Positions 12,741 to 25,505 of a stretch of 64,000 nucleotides of DNA are shown here, one piece after another. The notes beneath the pieces were generated by a model. That model saw only the letters and a list, made by a program, of their open reading frames with translations, was not told the DNA's origin and did not search any database. Position 1 is the first letter of the stretch. Each line of letters opens with the position of its first letter. Source of the DNA: Amoebophrya sp. A120 (lineage: Eukaryota; Protista; Dinoflagellata); assembly GCA_905178155.1 (NCBI GenBank), contig CAJINV010000023.1, positions 455,610 through 519,609 on the forward strand. The letters run 5' to 3'. The translations under genes and the position numbers were made by a program.

Positions 12741-15700
12741 ATGAGTATCCAGTGTAAAAATGTCTGGGTCTGGAAGAGTCATGCTGTTTCTGCATGCCAC
12801 AGAAGGTCTGGCATGGAAGCTCTAGCATCACAGGTTTCGAGAAGCCTCCGCAATGCCGAATCCGCATGACAAATCCCTGACTTTGGTGACAGAAAGTGGG
12901 AACTTTTGCTGCCTATGCATGAGAGAACTTTCTGTGTTCTGAAATGCGCATCACAAGTTTGGACTCTTCCAGACCCAGACATTTTTACATTTGATAATGA
13001 GCAGTCAGGAACATCAATCCTCGCGAGGGGGCCTTCGTCGGGCGCTAGCGTGCGTGTTATCAAGTGTAAAAATGTCTGGGTCTGGAAGAATGCAACTTGT
13101 CATGCTAAATCTGCAGCATGCAAAAATCTGTGCTGCATGATTACCAAAAGTCGTCCAGTTTTGACCAAGTCGGGAGGGAGTTTCTCATGCAGGATAGGCA
13201 TAAGAAAGGTCCCGCAGAATCTGTCATGCTAGGTCCTGCATTCCAGACCTCATGTGTCACGGAAAAGCAGCATGACAAATCGCGCATTCTTCCAGACCCA
13301 GACATTTTTACATTTGATACGTGTGTGTTGTCTATCAAATGCACCAAATATGTCTGGGTCTGGAAGATTGCGACATTTCTCGTGCTGGTCCGGCATGTTG
13401 ACTCTTAGCTCTGTATTTTTGCGTAGGGCCATCGAAACAGCCTCTCTGTCTTGTCTGTCATGCAAAAACGCAGTTCCTCGTACGGATTACGTAGCACAGA
13501 AGCACAAAAAAACTTGTCATGCTTGGCGGCGCATTTTTACAGTGCATTTGCTATTGACTGACCTGCATCACAAGTTTCCAGACCCAGAACGATATTTGCA
13601 ATGCATATTACCTGGCTCTTGTTGAGTTCGATCTATCCTGTGCAAAAAATATCGTACTCGTATCTATTCTTGCAATCATGCATTACAAATCTTTTTGTTG
13701 AGGTAAATCAGCATTACGAATTTTATTTCTCATGCTGAGAAAATTTGTATTAATGCATTTATAAAATAGAACTATAGAATTTTTACTCGGATTTCCCGCC
13801 CTTATAGATTATAGGGGCGCCCTTAGAAAATGAATTCTAGAAAAGAAGGCGTCTAGAGCATTCCCCTAGGGCTATTCCTTAGGGGATAGCCCTAGGAGAT
13901 AGCCCCAGGGGATGGCCTTAGGACGGTTGACTAGACGGCACACATAGAAACGCCGCAAGCGCAGCCGGTCGGTAAGCAGTTTACTTGCAGCGTGAGCTGT
14001 TTCACTCTGCAACGCAGGCCAAAAGGATTTGCGAGGGCAGGCGGCACCCTGCAGCGCAGGTCGCATCTTGCAACGGTAGCCGCCCAGGTGTTGCTGACAG
14101 CCCTTGCGGCCTGCGCTGCAAGTGGCTGCCCGCGCGGGCGGCGGTGCTTGCGAGTTCCGACAGCTTGGCTGCCTGGCAAAGACAGGCGAAGGAACGCGTG
14201 TCGCAAAATGAAGAAGACCCCGCAGAGCTTCCTACGGGCCCCGAGGCTCAAGGAAATCGAAAAAAAGCGGAAAAAACACCGGGCCGGTTTTTAGCAGGCC
14301 TATTCTGGCTAACCCCAAACCCCGGCCCCGTTTTGGGGGAGGTAGGGGGGGGCGATAGAACGTAGCAAAACGAAACGGGGGTGGGGGCGTCCCCCGGGCC
14401 TCAGGCAGATTAACACCATCCAAAAATATCTGGGCGGGGATATATCTGGGGATATATCTGGGGAGATATCTGGGGAGATATCTGGGGATATGTCGGGGGA
14501 TATGTCGGGGGATATATCGGGGGGTATATCTGGGGGGCTATCTGGGAAGATATCGGGAGATACATCTGGGGATACATCTGGGGGTATATCTGGGGATAAA
14601 AGAAAAGGGCAGCGCCTGCATTCTGAAGAAAGCGAGCGGCGCTGGGGGGGCCAGAAATCCTGCATGTGGTTGGCCTTCTCGCGGGCGGAAAATAGCACCC
14701 CAGTACAGCTTCCCTGCTCCGATTTCCCGACCTTATAGATTCGGAGGCTGGGTTTCCCATAGAAGTTATAGTAAGAGTGGAGGGAGTGGCGCTAAGAATT
14801 TCTTTGCCTTCTAGAGGCCTCGCTTAAAGGGCTTCGCTAGATCACGGCCTCGGTCGCTGGCTTAGAAAGCGCTGCGGGTGGTTCTTTGTAGAAGTCAAAT
14901 AGCTCAAGAAAGGGGAAGCAGGCCAAGGCCAGCGGCCGGGCTGGGACGGGGCACGCAGAAGCCCAGGGAACGAAGGCGGGCGCGTCCGTTTCTAATGCGG
15001 GCCGCTACTAGTGAAGGGCGTCGCTAGCAAGCGCGGGCCCGTTTTGTCATGCTAAAACCGCCTAGAGGGCTCCTCCTAGTGGCCGCGTCTCCGCTAGCAG
15101 ATTCACAATCGGGCGACTCTGTCGCCGAATTTGCTCCGCTAGCGTTTCAAGATAGTTTTTTGATTTTAGATTTACTAGACGACCTATCGCCGGCGTCCTG
15201 GACGCCGGCGTAGTAGTCTAGTACGAGTACGATATTTTTGTAGTTCATACGAGCAAGGGACCTGCAACTTCTACGTCTTCGTCAGGGCCCAGCGGTGGCT
15301 TCCTACGGTACGACCGTCATTGCGGTCTGCGACAAAGGAAATCGCCAGACAGAAGAGATGAAGAGGAGACGACCAGGAGGCATGATGCTGAAAATGAAAA
15401 TAATCATCTTCCTGCAGCAGCAGCGACTTCAAGAACATCAACTACAGGAGCTGTCACTACGACTAGGTCGACCTCCAAGAGTAGCTCCTCCTCGTCCTCG
15501 ACGCGGGTCGTGGTGCTGGTCACCGGCGCTGCTGGGTACATCGCGAGTCACTTTGTGCTCCTCTGCCTCACCAAGGGGCTTCACGTCGTGGGCGTTGACA
15601 ACTTGTCCCGGGGAAGTAGCGCAGCTATCGAGAAGCTGCACGCGGTCGCGTATCAAAGTGAAAAAAGCTCCCACCCCATATTCAAAAGACAATTTGTGTT

Positions 15701-18700
15701 GCTGGATTTGTGTACACAAATGAACTTTGTCTTGCAGCAAGAGCTTGTCGGCATATTCTAAGCCCATTTGGGTACGCGTCCGGCTAGCAGCTGAGCATGA
15801 GAGACAAGGCTGACATAGGCGAAAACGCGTGACAGTCTCGCTGTACAATGCGCCACATGGGTGTCGTTTGCCTTGTATGCAAGACAAAGCTGATTTGTGG
15901 TCACAAATCGGCATCACAAATCTTCGTTTCGATATGGGGAGGGGGGATACGATTTTCCTTACGATATCGTGGCTACCTTGAACCTGCCAAAGGACGCCTT
16001 CGTCTTCAAAGAAGTGGACCTGGGCCTTCCGTCCGCAGTGGCGGCACTCTTCCAAGAGCCGCAACAGGCTCCCTTTGTATGCATTGCAAATATGTCTGGG
16101 TCTGGAAACTTGTGATGCAAGGAAGGGAATAGTGAACCCACTGTAATGCGCTGCCATGCATGACAAACTTTTTTCATGGTTCTGAGTTCTTGCGTATTCC
16201 ACATGAGAAACTGCGTCTTTGCATGACAGGGAGGAGGAGCTCTTCGCGGCCACGCAATACAAAGTTCAGAGTAATGCCGGACTAGCATATTAACAAATCT
16301 CGCAATTTCCCAGACCCAGACATTTTTGCATTTGATACTTTGCGGCGGTGTTCCACTTCGCGGCCATCGCGTTTGTGGGGGAGTCGATTGCTTTCCCCGA
16401 CCTGTATCGCCGCAACGTGACTGCGAACACGGAAATCCTCGGTCGAGCCGCAAAAACAGCGGGCGTGCCACGGTTCGTGTATTCCAGCTCGTGCTCTGTG
16501 TACGGGCAGCCGGCAAACCCGGGGGAAGGTCTGGACGAGTCCGCGGCGATTCAGCCCCTGAGCCCCTACGCCTCAATATCAAAAGGTAAAATCGGGCCCC
16601 TCCCCAGATGATCAAAAGGAAATTTCTGATGCTGGATGTGCGTGCACATGCACAATAAATACAAAAAATATAAATCAGATTGTCTTGCAGAAAGTGCTTG
16701 GCGGCATTTTCTAGGCCTGTTTATTGGGTAATGATATGCAAAAGGCTAGCAATTAAGCATGTTGGCAAACAGGTTTGCACTTTGCAGTAGTCGAAATAAG
16801 CGCATGAGAATGACAGACTGGCTGTGGAATCATGCGCCAAATAGCTCCCACTACAACCCTACAGGCAAGCCAGAGGTGATTTGTGGCCACACTTCAGCAT
16901 AACAGATTTCCATTTTCATATGGTTTCGGGGGTGCTGGATTTTTCATTTCGATACCCGTCCAAGGTGGAGGCGGAAAAAGTGCTGCAAGCTCTCGCAGCG
17001 CCCTCCTTTCGCGTGAACATTTTGCGTTACTTCAACGTGATCGGCGCGGACCCCTTGCAGCGTCTGGGAGAAAACCCGCGGCCCGAGCTCCGGTCGTACG
17101 GCCGACTCTGGACGGCCTGCGTGGACGCCGCGCGCGGCGCCCGCCCCGCCGTCAAGCTACGCGTGGACCCGAAGACGGGAGACTACGCCAAACGTGACTT
17201 CGTGCACGTTTCCGACCTGGCTTCGGCCCACCTTTTGGCTTTCGACAAGGGTCGCCAATCGCGCGGCGATGAATATCCTGTGCAAAAGTATCGTACTCGT
17301 AGTAATTGCATTTATGCATTATAGCGTTAGTCGTGATGCATGCCCGCGCGTTAGCGCCTGGCACAGAATGAAAGTCGGTGCTGTTGTGAGAAAACCTTTT
17401 GTAGAAGAAGCTGCTATAGTCTATGGTGCCAGTTAGAAAGACCGTCGGTACGCAGCACGCGCGTAGAAGTAGACGGGTTTAGGGTATACCTACAAGCAGC
17501 GTTACAAGTTCAAAAGCAGAAAAGATTTCGTACAAGAAGCTAGTACTTATTTAATATGAGGATGATACAATAGACAGGGTTTAGGAAAAAGTCTGTGTTC
17601 AGACTTGGCGCGCTAGTTCGACTTTTGTTTCATTACAAGACCACTATGCGTGGCCCGCCCTGCGTATAGCATCGGGAAGCAATAGTCTTATTAGTGTAGT
17701 GCTATGGTGGAGGGTTTAACTGCTTTGCGGTGCCCGAGTCTGTCGAGCACAAGTAGTCGTACTTGGCGCAAGTTTTAGGCGCTACGCTACTCGCCACACC
17801 GCACCCGTACCCGTACCCGTACCCGTACAAATCTACACCCCAAGGTAAAACAGCATGACAAATTCCATTTGTCATGCTGAGGAAATTTGTAATGCCATTA
17901 CTACTAGTGCGATGCTTTTGCAATTCATGATGAATCAGCTGCAGCAACAAGAACTACCTCCGAACAAGAAGAAACTGTGTTGACCGTTATCCTGCGAAAA
18001 AACGTCCCCACCCCATAGTCAAGTTGGGAACTTAGCAACACAAATCCAGAAGTTTTGGGAGCCACGCATGACAAGTTGCAGTCCGTAGGGTAGTGCATGT
18101 TAGCAAGGACAATTGCATCACAAATCCGTCTGCTGATCCTGTTTACAGCATCACAAATTCCAAAACGCGATTGGTAAGCATAGGCATGGACATGCGCATT
18201 ACAAATCTTCCTGTCATCGGAAATCCGCATGACAACTCTGGGGGGAGCGCGTTTTTACACAGGATAACCGTCCACAACGTAGGTCTCGGGAAGCCAAATT
18301 CGATCGCCGAGTTCGTGGAAAGTTTCCGCGCTGTGTCCGGTGTGGACGTGAAGATAGAAACGGAGCCCCTCGTATGAAATGTAAAAGTGTCTGGGTCTGG
18401 AAGAATGCAACTTGTGATGCTGAATTTGGATTCCAAAAAAATCTGTATTGCATGAGCAGCAAAAGGAACGCAATTTTTGCTACGCGGAGAAGCATTTGTC
18501 ATGCGGAATAGGCATCGCGAAGCCCTCAAAAAATATGTGATGCTAGGGCATGCATCACAGACATCATGGCCAATGCAAAACATGCATGACAAGTCTCAGA
18601 ATCTTCCAGACCCAGACATTTTTACATTTGATACCTCGGGAAAGAGGAGCCGTTGCAGTTGTTCGCGAAGAGCGCGAAGATACTATCCTGAGTAAAAACG

Positions 18701-21700
18701 TACCCACACCAGAGTTGTAATGCAGATTTGCAAAGACATGGAGACTCGTAATGCGCATCCCCATGAGGGCCATTTCCAATCGTGTTTTGGAATTTGTGAT
18801 GCTGTGAACAGGATGAGAGGCTTGCTTTCTCATGCGGCTGCCCTTGCTAAACAGCACGACGCTACAGATGAAAACTTGTCATGCAAACCTCCCAAAACTT
18901 GGAGATTTGTGTTGCAGATTTACCAACTTGACTATGGGGTGGGGACGTTTTTACACAGGATAGATACAGCGGGACCTAGAGTGGAAGCCGAGGTTTACGG
19001 ATTTCAAATATGTCTGGGTCTGGAAGGTTGGAACTTGTAATGCTGTCTGCGGATTCTAAAAATATCTGTGTTGCATGATGAGCAGCAAGAGGACCCACTT
19101 CTTGGCGCGCGGAGACGGCATTTCTCATGCGTGATTAGCATCAAGAAGCTCTCAAAAAATCTGTGATGCTAGCACCAGCATCACAGACCTCACGGGTCAT
19201 GCAAAATGTGCATGACAAGCCCCGACTCTCTCAGACCCAGACATTTTTGTAGTTGATGAGGTTTACGGATTTGCGCGAGATGCTGCGCACCGGTTGGGCC
19301 TACGAGGTCAAAGCTCGAGGACAAGTTGTACAAGCTCTTGCAGAGAACAACAAGGGGAAAAGCGACGGCGCAACTGCTAGTACAAAAATCGCGCCAACGT
19401 CGGCAACTACACTTTCACCTTCATCTCCTGCTGATACCACCGATTCCCCGTTTCCGTTTATATGGCGTGCTCAACTGTTACGACATTCTCAACTGTTACA
19501 TAAATTTGTGATGCAAGAATGGCAAAACTGAAAGGAAGAAGATTTTTTTTGCGCCTTCTGCATTACATGGAAATAAAACAGGGTATGACAAACCATGGAA
19601 ATAAGACAGTTGAGTTTGTAACGTTTGCGTCGAGTCTGATAGTTTAACCGCACGGAGTATCAAGTGCAAATATGTCTGGGTCTGGAAGGTTGCAACTTGT
19701 CATGCAGATTTTACATGACCCGTGACGTCTGTGATGTACTCCCTAGTATCACAGATTTTCTGACTATGTCTTGATGCCTATTCCGCATGACAAATGGCCT
19801 CCCCGCGTAGCACAGACTGAACTCCTCTTGCTGGTCATCCAATACAGTTTTTTTTAGAGTCCAAAGCTAGCATCACAAGTTGCAACTTTCCAGACGCAGA
19901 CATATTTGCATTTCATACGGAGTTTGACACCCTGTTGGCAGCCGGGCAGGCGCGGCAACAGAAATTTGGGTACGTTGTCGTGCTGTTCTTCAACCAGGGG
20001 TTCGTGAAGATGATGAAGAGTTGGATCTGTAACGTGAAGAAAGTCGTGGGCCCGAATTGGCTTGCGGACCACGCGCTCTTTATTGCCACGGAGCGGCAGG
20101 CTGGACAGCAGCTGCAACTGTTTGACACCGGGTTGAGCATTGTGTACGTGACCTACATATCAAATGCAAAAATGTCTGGGTCTGGAAGAGTTCCAGACTT
20201 GTCATGCAGGTTTTCCATGTCCCGTTAGGTCTGGCATGTAGGACATAGCACGACAGATTCTGTGCGAGTTCCATCATGCCTATCCTGCATGAGAAACTGC
20301 CTCGCGATTAGGTCAAAAGTGGACAGCTTTTGGTAAGCTTGCAACACAGATTTTTGCACGCTTCAGATTTAGCATGACAAGTTGCATTCTTCCAGACCCA
20401 GACATTTTTCCAGTTGATACTACAAGATGCCGGCCGTAATTCGGTACGGGCAGGCTGTGTACGGGAGTTTCCTCCTGTGGTATGCATTGCAAAAGCTAAA
20501 GCATCGTACTAGTATAAGTAAATTGAATCACAAATTTTGGCAAGAGGAAATAAAGTTGAATTTGTAATGTTGTTTTACCTTAGGATGAAGATTTGTCATG
20601 CATATTTGCAATTAGTACGAGGAGAGCGATAGTACTTTTGCACAGGATATGTGGCGTGGCAAGTTGATTCGCGAGCTTCTGCAAGCCAAGCTGACGGTGT
20701 GGCAGGTGGAGGCAGACGCGTACTGGTCTCGAGACCCTTCCTATCCAAGAAAAAACGTTGTTATTGTAAATTTGTGAAGATGCGCAACATGCAAATTGAT
20801 TGCGCCTGTCGTGCTGTGCCTGCATTGTAGGGTCCATTCAAAGGCGTTTTCGCGTACTATCTGCGCATGACAGGTTATTTTTCCTGTCATGCGAGAGCCG
20901 AAAGATTTTTGATTTTGTCATGCTAATCCTCCAAGAAAGTTGTGTTACACCTACGTACGATCTTTTTTTCTTGGATACTTCCGAGGAGGTGCTCCAGCAA
21001 GAGGCAGACATTGTGACCATGTCGGACATGCCGCCGCCGGGAAAGTACCTGAACGGGGGCTTTCTCCTCGCGAAGCCTTCGGAGGCAAACTTGAAGGTGT
21101 GGAGCGAGGTGATCCGGAGGATGGAAAACGTGGTCCGAGGAAAAACGAAGGACGTGGGGGAGGCGGGGAACGACCAGCTTTACTTTCCGCCGGCCCTGAA
21201 ACGACACGTATCGTACGAAAAAAGTGTTTCACTGTAAGGATTTTGCATGTTTTGCATCGCAAGCTTGTTCTACATGACAGAGAAAATTTGCCATGCAAGC
21301 TTCCCAAGGGAAACAAAACACAGCTAAAACCCCACTTTCTTGCATGTGTAGCAAGACAAATACTTGTGTGTTCCATTTTATCATCATGCATCACAAGTTT
21401 ACAGTAACACAGTTTTTCTTGTGGATAACACGGTGCGAAGGTGCACTGGCTGCCGCCGAACCGGTATTGTGGGGAAAAATCCCCCCTCCCCATATTGTAA
21501 CGGTATGTTTCCGAAAATTTGCGTTGCTGATTTGTGGGCACAAATCACATTTGTCTTGCAAGAAGGCAACTCCACGGGCTCCGCCGCATTATGCAGGCGG
21601 TTTGTCATGCTGTTGGGCCTACAGCGCGGACGTTTTTAATGCGAAGCGCCTAGGCCAACACCTCGCTACTCCCGCTTGGATTGGGCCTGCAGTCCTCTCC

Positions 21701-23704
21701 TGCAAGACAGCTTGAATCTGTGTACGCAAATCCAGCATCAGAAGTTTCGTTTTGATATGGGGAGGGGGATTTTTTCCTTTTGATAACCGGTTCGCCTGTG
21801 GCGTCTGGTACCGGAACCCGAAATATCCTGTGCAAAAGTATCAGATACTCGTATTGCAATCATGCATTACAAATCTTGTTCTTACGCTAAATCCGCATTA
21901 CAAACAAGGTCCGAGCACGGGGACAGAGTCCCCGTGCGGCGACCTTCCGGCAATTGTCTGGGACGAGTTCGGGGGTTGTGGTGGCTGGCACTGGGCAGGC
22001 AGGCCCCTGCAGCCCGGTGTCTCTGTGTGGCCTGCGCCCCCTGATCCGCGGCAGATCTGCGGACGGAGCCCCTCTGCTTGCCCACACTAGGCCCGTTGGC
22101 CTACCGCGAACAAAGAGAACAGAAAGGAAGAAGCTGGCGCCGGATGTGTAGCTGGCCCCTAGGTCATGACGCGGGGACCGAGTCCCCGCGCTGACCTAGG
22201 GCTTTTGCCCCTGGGCCGTGCGGTTAGTTTCCGGGAAGCGCCCAAAGCTGGCCCCTAGGTCATGACGCGGGGACCGAGTCCCCGCGCTGACCTAGGGCTT
22301 TTGCCCCTGGGCCGTGCGGTTAGTTTCCGGGAAGCGCCCAAAGCTGGCCCCTAGGTCATGACGCGGGGACCGAGTCCCCGCGCTGACCTAGGGCTTTTGC
22401 CCCTGGGCCGTGCGGTTAGTTTCCGGGAAGCGCCCAAAGCTGGCCCCTAGGTCATGACGCGGGGACCGAGTCCCCGCGCTGACCTAGGGCTTTTGCCCCT
22501 GGGCCGTGCGGTTAGTTTCCGGGAAGCGCCCAAAGCTGGCCCCTAGGTCATGACGCGGGGACCGAGTCCCCGCGCTGACCTAGGGCTTTTGCCCCTGGGC
22601 CGTGCGGTTAGTTTCCGGGAAGCGCCCAAAGCTGGCCCCTAGGTCATGACGCGGGGACCGAGTCCCCGCGCTGACCTAGGGCTTTTGCCCCTGGGCCGTG
22701 CGGTTAGTTTCCGGGAAGCGCCCAAAGCTGGCCCCTAGGTCATGACGCGGGGACCGAGTCCCCGCGCTGACCTAGGGCTTTTGCTCCTCGGCCGTGCGGC
22801 TAGTTTCCGGGAAGCGCCCAAAGCCGGCCCCTAGGTCATGACGCGGGGACCGAGTCCCCGCGCTGGCCTAGGGCTTTTGCCACTGGGCCGCGCGGTTAGT
22901 TTCCGGGAAGCGCCCAAAGCTGGCCCCTAGGTCATGACGCGGGGACCGCGTCCCCGCGCTGACCTGGAGCTTTTGCCCCTGGGCCGTACGGTGTCCGGGA
23001 AGCGCCCAAAGGAAGCTGGCCCCCAGGTCATGACGCGGGGATTGGGTCCCCGCGCTGACCGAGGGCGCCTTTCGCCCCTGGGCCTTGCCCACGGGGCCCG
23101 GTAAGCTCGACAGGCTGGCGGCTCGCGTGACAAACTGGAGGCCGGCATTGCGCATCTCGCGTGGCGAGGTCCCAAAGTGTGTCCGGCGTGTGTCCGAAAG
23201 TCTGCCCGGGGTGTGTCGGAAAGTCTGCCCGGGGTGTGTCCGGGGTGTGTCTGGGGTATGTTCGGACTTTTTGCCTGGGGTGTGTTCGGGGGTCTGTCTG
23301 GGGTATGTCTGGGGTGTGTCTGGGGTGTGTCTGGGGTATGTTTATACCCCACCTGTTGCTTTTTCGCCAAAAATTTGTATTCAGGTCGTGATTGACTGCC
23401 ATTTGCATACCCCTGACACACCCCCGAACATACCCCCGAACATACCCCTCGCATGCATTTTTGACCAGCTGCTGCAGTTTAGATAGTAATTTCATTTCTC
23501 ATGCTGAGGAAATAATTTGTGATGCATTTATACGAGTACGATACTTATTTTGCAATGCATACGAAAATTTTTCAAAAAAACTCCACCACCTTGCCCACCG
23601 TCATTTTGAACAATTGGGTGGTGGGGAACGCCAAGAAAGTGGAACGCGCCATTAAGTGGAAGCACTGGTTTCTGAACGACGAAGAAACGGAGTGCTTGCC
23701 GTAG
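12741..23704 (+). CDS. Fusion protein: N-terminal TM anchor + MUR4/UXE-like UDP-xylose/arabinose 4-epimerase (extended SDR) + GT77 (Nucleotid_trans) glycosyltransferase, 20 introners
   Basis: ATG 12741 (in-frame TAA upstream); hydrophobic ALACVCVVWLLL. Epimerase motifs: VLVTGAAGYIASH, DNLSRG, HFAAIAFVGES, YSSSCSVYG, PYAS(S/T)K, LRYFNVIGADP..RLGE.PRPELR..GR...AC.DAARG, RDFVHVSDL, HNVGLG. No stop in the linker (19264-19657). GT77-like motifs: FNQGFVKMMKSWICN, QVEADAYWSRDP, YLNGGF, GNDQ, ILNNWVVG..KKVERA..WKHWFL. TAG 23702-23704. Confidence 0.85.
13762..15221 (+). mobile_element. Non-autonomous Helitron-like element (family 1) nested in a family C introner
   Basis: Inserted at A|T (gcattta|tacgag). 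3' end is hairpin CGCCGGCGTCC-T-GGACGCCGGCG followed by TAGTAGTCTAG. Internal 12-bp tandem repeat 14428-14597. 5' end shared with 26521-27424. Confidence 0.75.
17322..17827 (+). mobile_element. Insertion with (CCCGTA)4 tail in family C introner 17274-17929; possible decayed non-LTR retroelement 3' end
   Basis: Interrupts gcatta|caaat; simple-repeat tail at 17804-17827; weak remnant NCFAVPESVEH resembling a LINE C-terminal zinc-knuckle segment. Confidence 0.45.
21905..23489 (-). mobile_element. Helitron-like element (family 2) nested in family C introner 21824-23561
   Basis: Interrupts gcattacaaa|tttcatttc at A|T. Minus-strand 5' end TTACTATCTA is shared with 43544. Terminal hairpin aaggtc..gcacggggac/gtccccgtgc..gacctt at the other end. 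Confidence 0.6.
22150..23085. repeat. 96-bp tandem repeat, ~9.5-10 copies, each a long hairpin
   Basis: Unit agctggcccctaggtcatgacgcggggaccgagtccccgcgctgacctagggcttttgcccctgggccgtgcggttagtttccgggaagcgcccaa begins at 22150, 22246, 22342, etc.; the last copies diverge. Confidence 0.97.
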
Positions 23705-24604
23705 GTTTGATTTCTGTGGTCACCTGCTGTGCAGCTCCTTCGACTAGAATAATTCATTTTGCAATCGGCGACTCGCACCACTTCCAAAATTGTCGTTTTT
23801 GTCGCCCTGACTTGGTCCACCTCGTCTCCGGGTCATTATGCTAGTATTAATGGCAATGACTTCTGGTCGTGTGATTGGAAAGAGATTCGATTTTTCTTCT
23901 ACGTCATTGCTTTATATTTTCACTTTCACACTTTCTTATTTTTATACATCACTTTTCTTTTCTTTTTACGTATATAAATGAGACCAACAAGGTCCTCATA
24001 TCAATCAAAAACCGTTTTAATATAGTAGGCGTCCCAATACTAATTGTTTTATGTTTGTTTGTTTACGGTCGGACTGCACGGCCACGTATCAAAATGAAAA
24101 ATCCCCCCTCCCCATATTGAAAAGCTATGTTTCCGAAAATTTGTGTTGCTGATTTGAGGTCACAAATCACATGCGTCTTGCAAGAAGACAAGGGCAGAAG
24201 CTTCCGCCCCATTATGGTAGCGGTTTGCCATGCTGTTGGGCTTAAAGAGGAGCCGTTTGCCATGCTGAACAAGTAGACCCATACGCCCGCGCCTAGCCTG
24301 GGGATCTGGCCGCGATGCCTCTCTGCAATACGCAGCTGATTTGTGTACACAAATCCAGCATCAGAAATTCCGTGGTGATATGGGGAGGGGGGATTTTTCC
24401 TCTCAATACCACGACTTTTTTACTTCCTCGTAACGGGCATGGCCCGCTATAGGAATCTCTTGCTGCATGATATGCCTTGCAAATATCCTTGGATCATGTC
24501 TGGAAGATTCTGAGACTTGTCATGCGCGTTTTGCGTGAGCCATCATGCGCTAGCATCACAGAATTTGGAGGGCCTTCTGATGCGTTATAATTTCGCACGA
24601 CAAG

Positions 24605-24942
24605 CAAGGTCCACGCGAGAGAATAGGGTCCCCACGCTGGGGCCTTGCGCCCATCCCTAGTAGCGCTAGTGGGGCAAGGAGGTGCGGCATCGGGGCGGGC
24701 AGCGTCCTTCCCTCGCTTCACACCAGGGCGCGCGCACAGTGGCTCAATAGTGCGCGAAGCACTAGTGGGGCAAGGATGTTCGGCATCGGGGCGGGCGGCG
24801 TCCGCCCCTCGCCTCACACCAGGCGCGCGCAGAGCACTAGTGGGGGGGAGGGTGTCCACCCGTCATGGCCACCTGTCGCGGTCACCTGTCGCCCGGGGTA
24901 CGCGTTACCAGGGCCCGGAAGCCAAGCAATGTAAGTCAATAA
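24605..24942 (-). mobile_element. Short Helitron-like insert in a decayed family A introner
   Basis: Left end caaggtcc equals the left end of 21905-23489; contains ~2.3 copies of a GC-rich unit (gc.ctagtggggcaagga.gt.cggcatcggggcggg). Confidence 0.45.
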
Positions 24943-25505
24943 TGATGCCCCCCTCGTCGCCGCGTAGCAAAAATTGCATTCGCTTTGCTGCTCATGCAAT
25001 ACAGATTTTGACTTTTGGAATCCAAAGGCAGCGTCACAAGTTGCACTCTTCCAGACATCCAGGGATCATTATTATAAATATTTGCATTTTATACAACAAG
25101 AATCTCACATGTTATTCAAGCCGGAGATTTATTGTGAAGCAAAAAGACCGTACCGGATCTGGTTCTGGCCTGGTGCTCTCGTCACACAGGAGGATCGGTA
25201 AAATCGAACCCATCAAGAGCAGCTCCACAAAACGATGGCAGAAGAATCTATTTCTCTGGCGGGTTGTACTAGATTGGTTTAGAGCCAGCGGAGCTGCAGG
25301 AGCCCTACTGTGTTGGAGTTCCGGATTATAGAAAAATTCGAGACCGAGTTCGAAAATTTTATGTCTATACTTTTCAAAGGTATAGAAGAAGAAGTCCAGT
25401 ACTAGATCTATGTGAAAATGCGCCAAAGCGATCGCAAACCCAAAATAGATTGAAATTTTTATTGTGGCATCCTAGATGAAATAGAAATCCGTCGTGGCTG
25501 CATCA

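Noticed and set aside
15510-19350. Stand-alone bacterial-type galE or a prokaryotic polysaccharide operon
   Set aside because: Has an N-terminal TM anchor, MUR4-type motifs, introner interruptions and eukaryotic Golgi-type neighbours, and the frame continues into GT77.
22150-23085. Hammerhead ribozyme satellite
   Set aside because: The hairpins lack the CUGANGA and GAAA core in the required arrangement.
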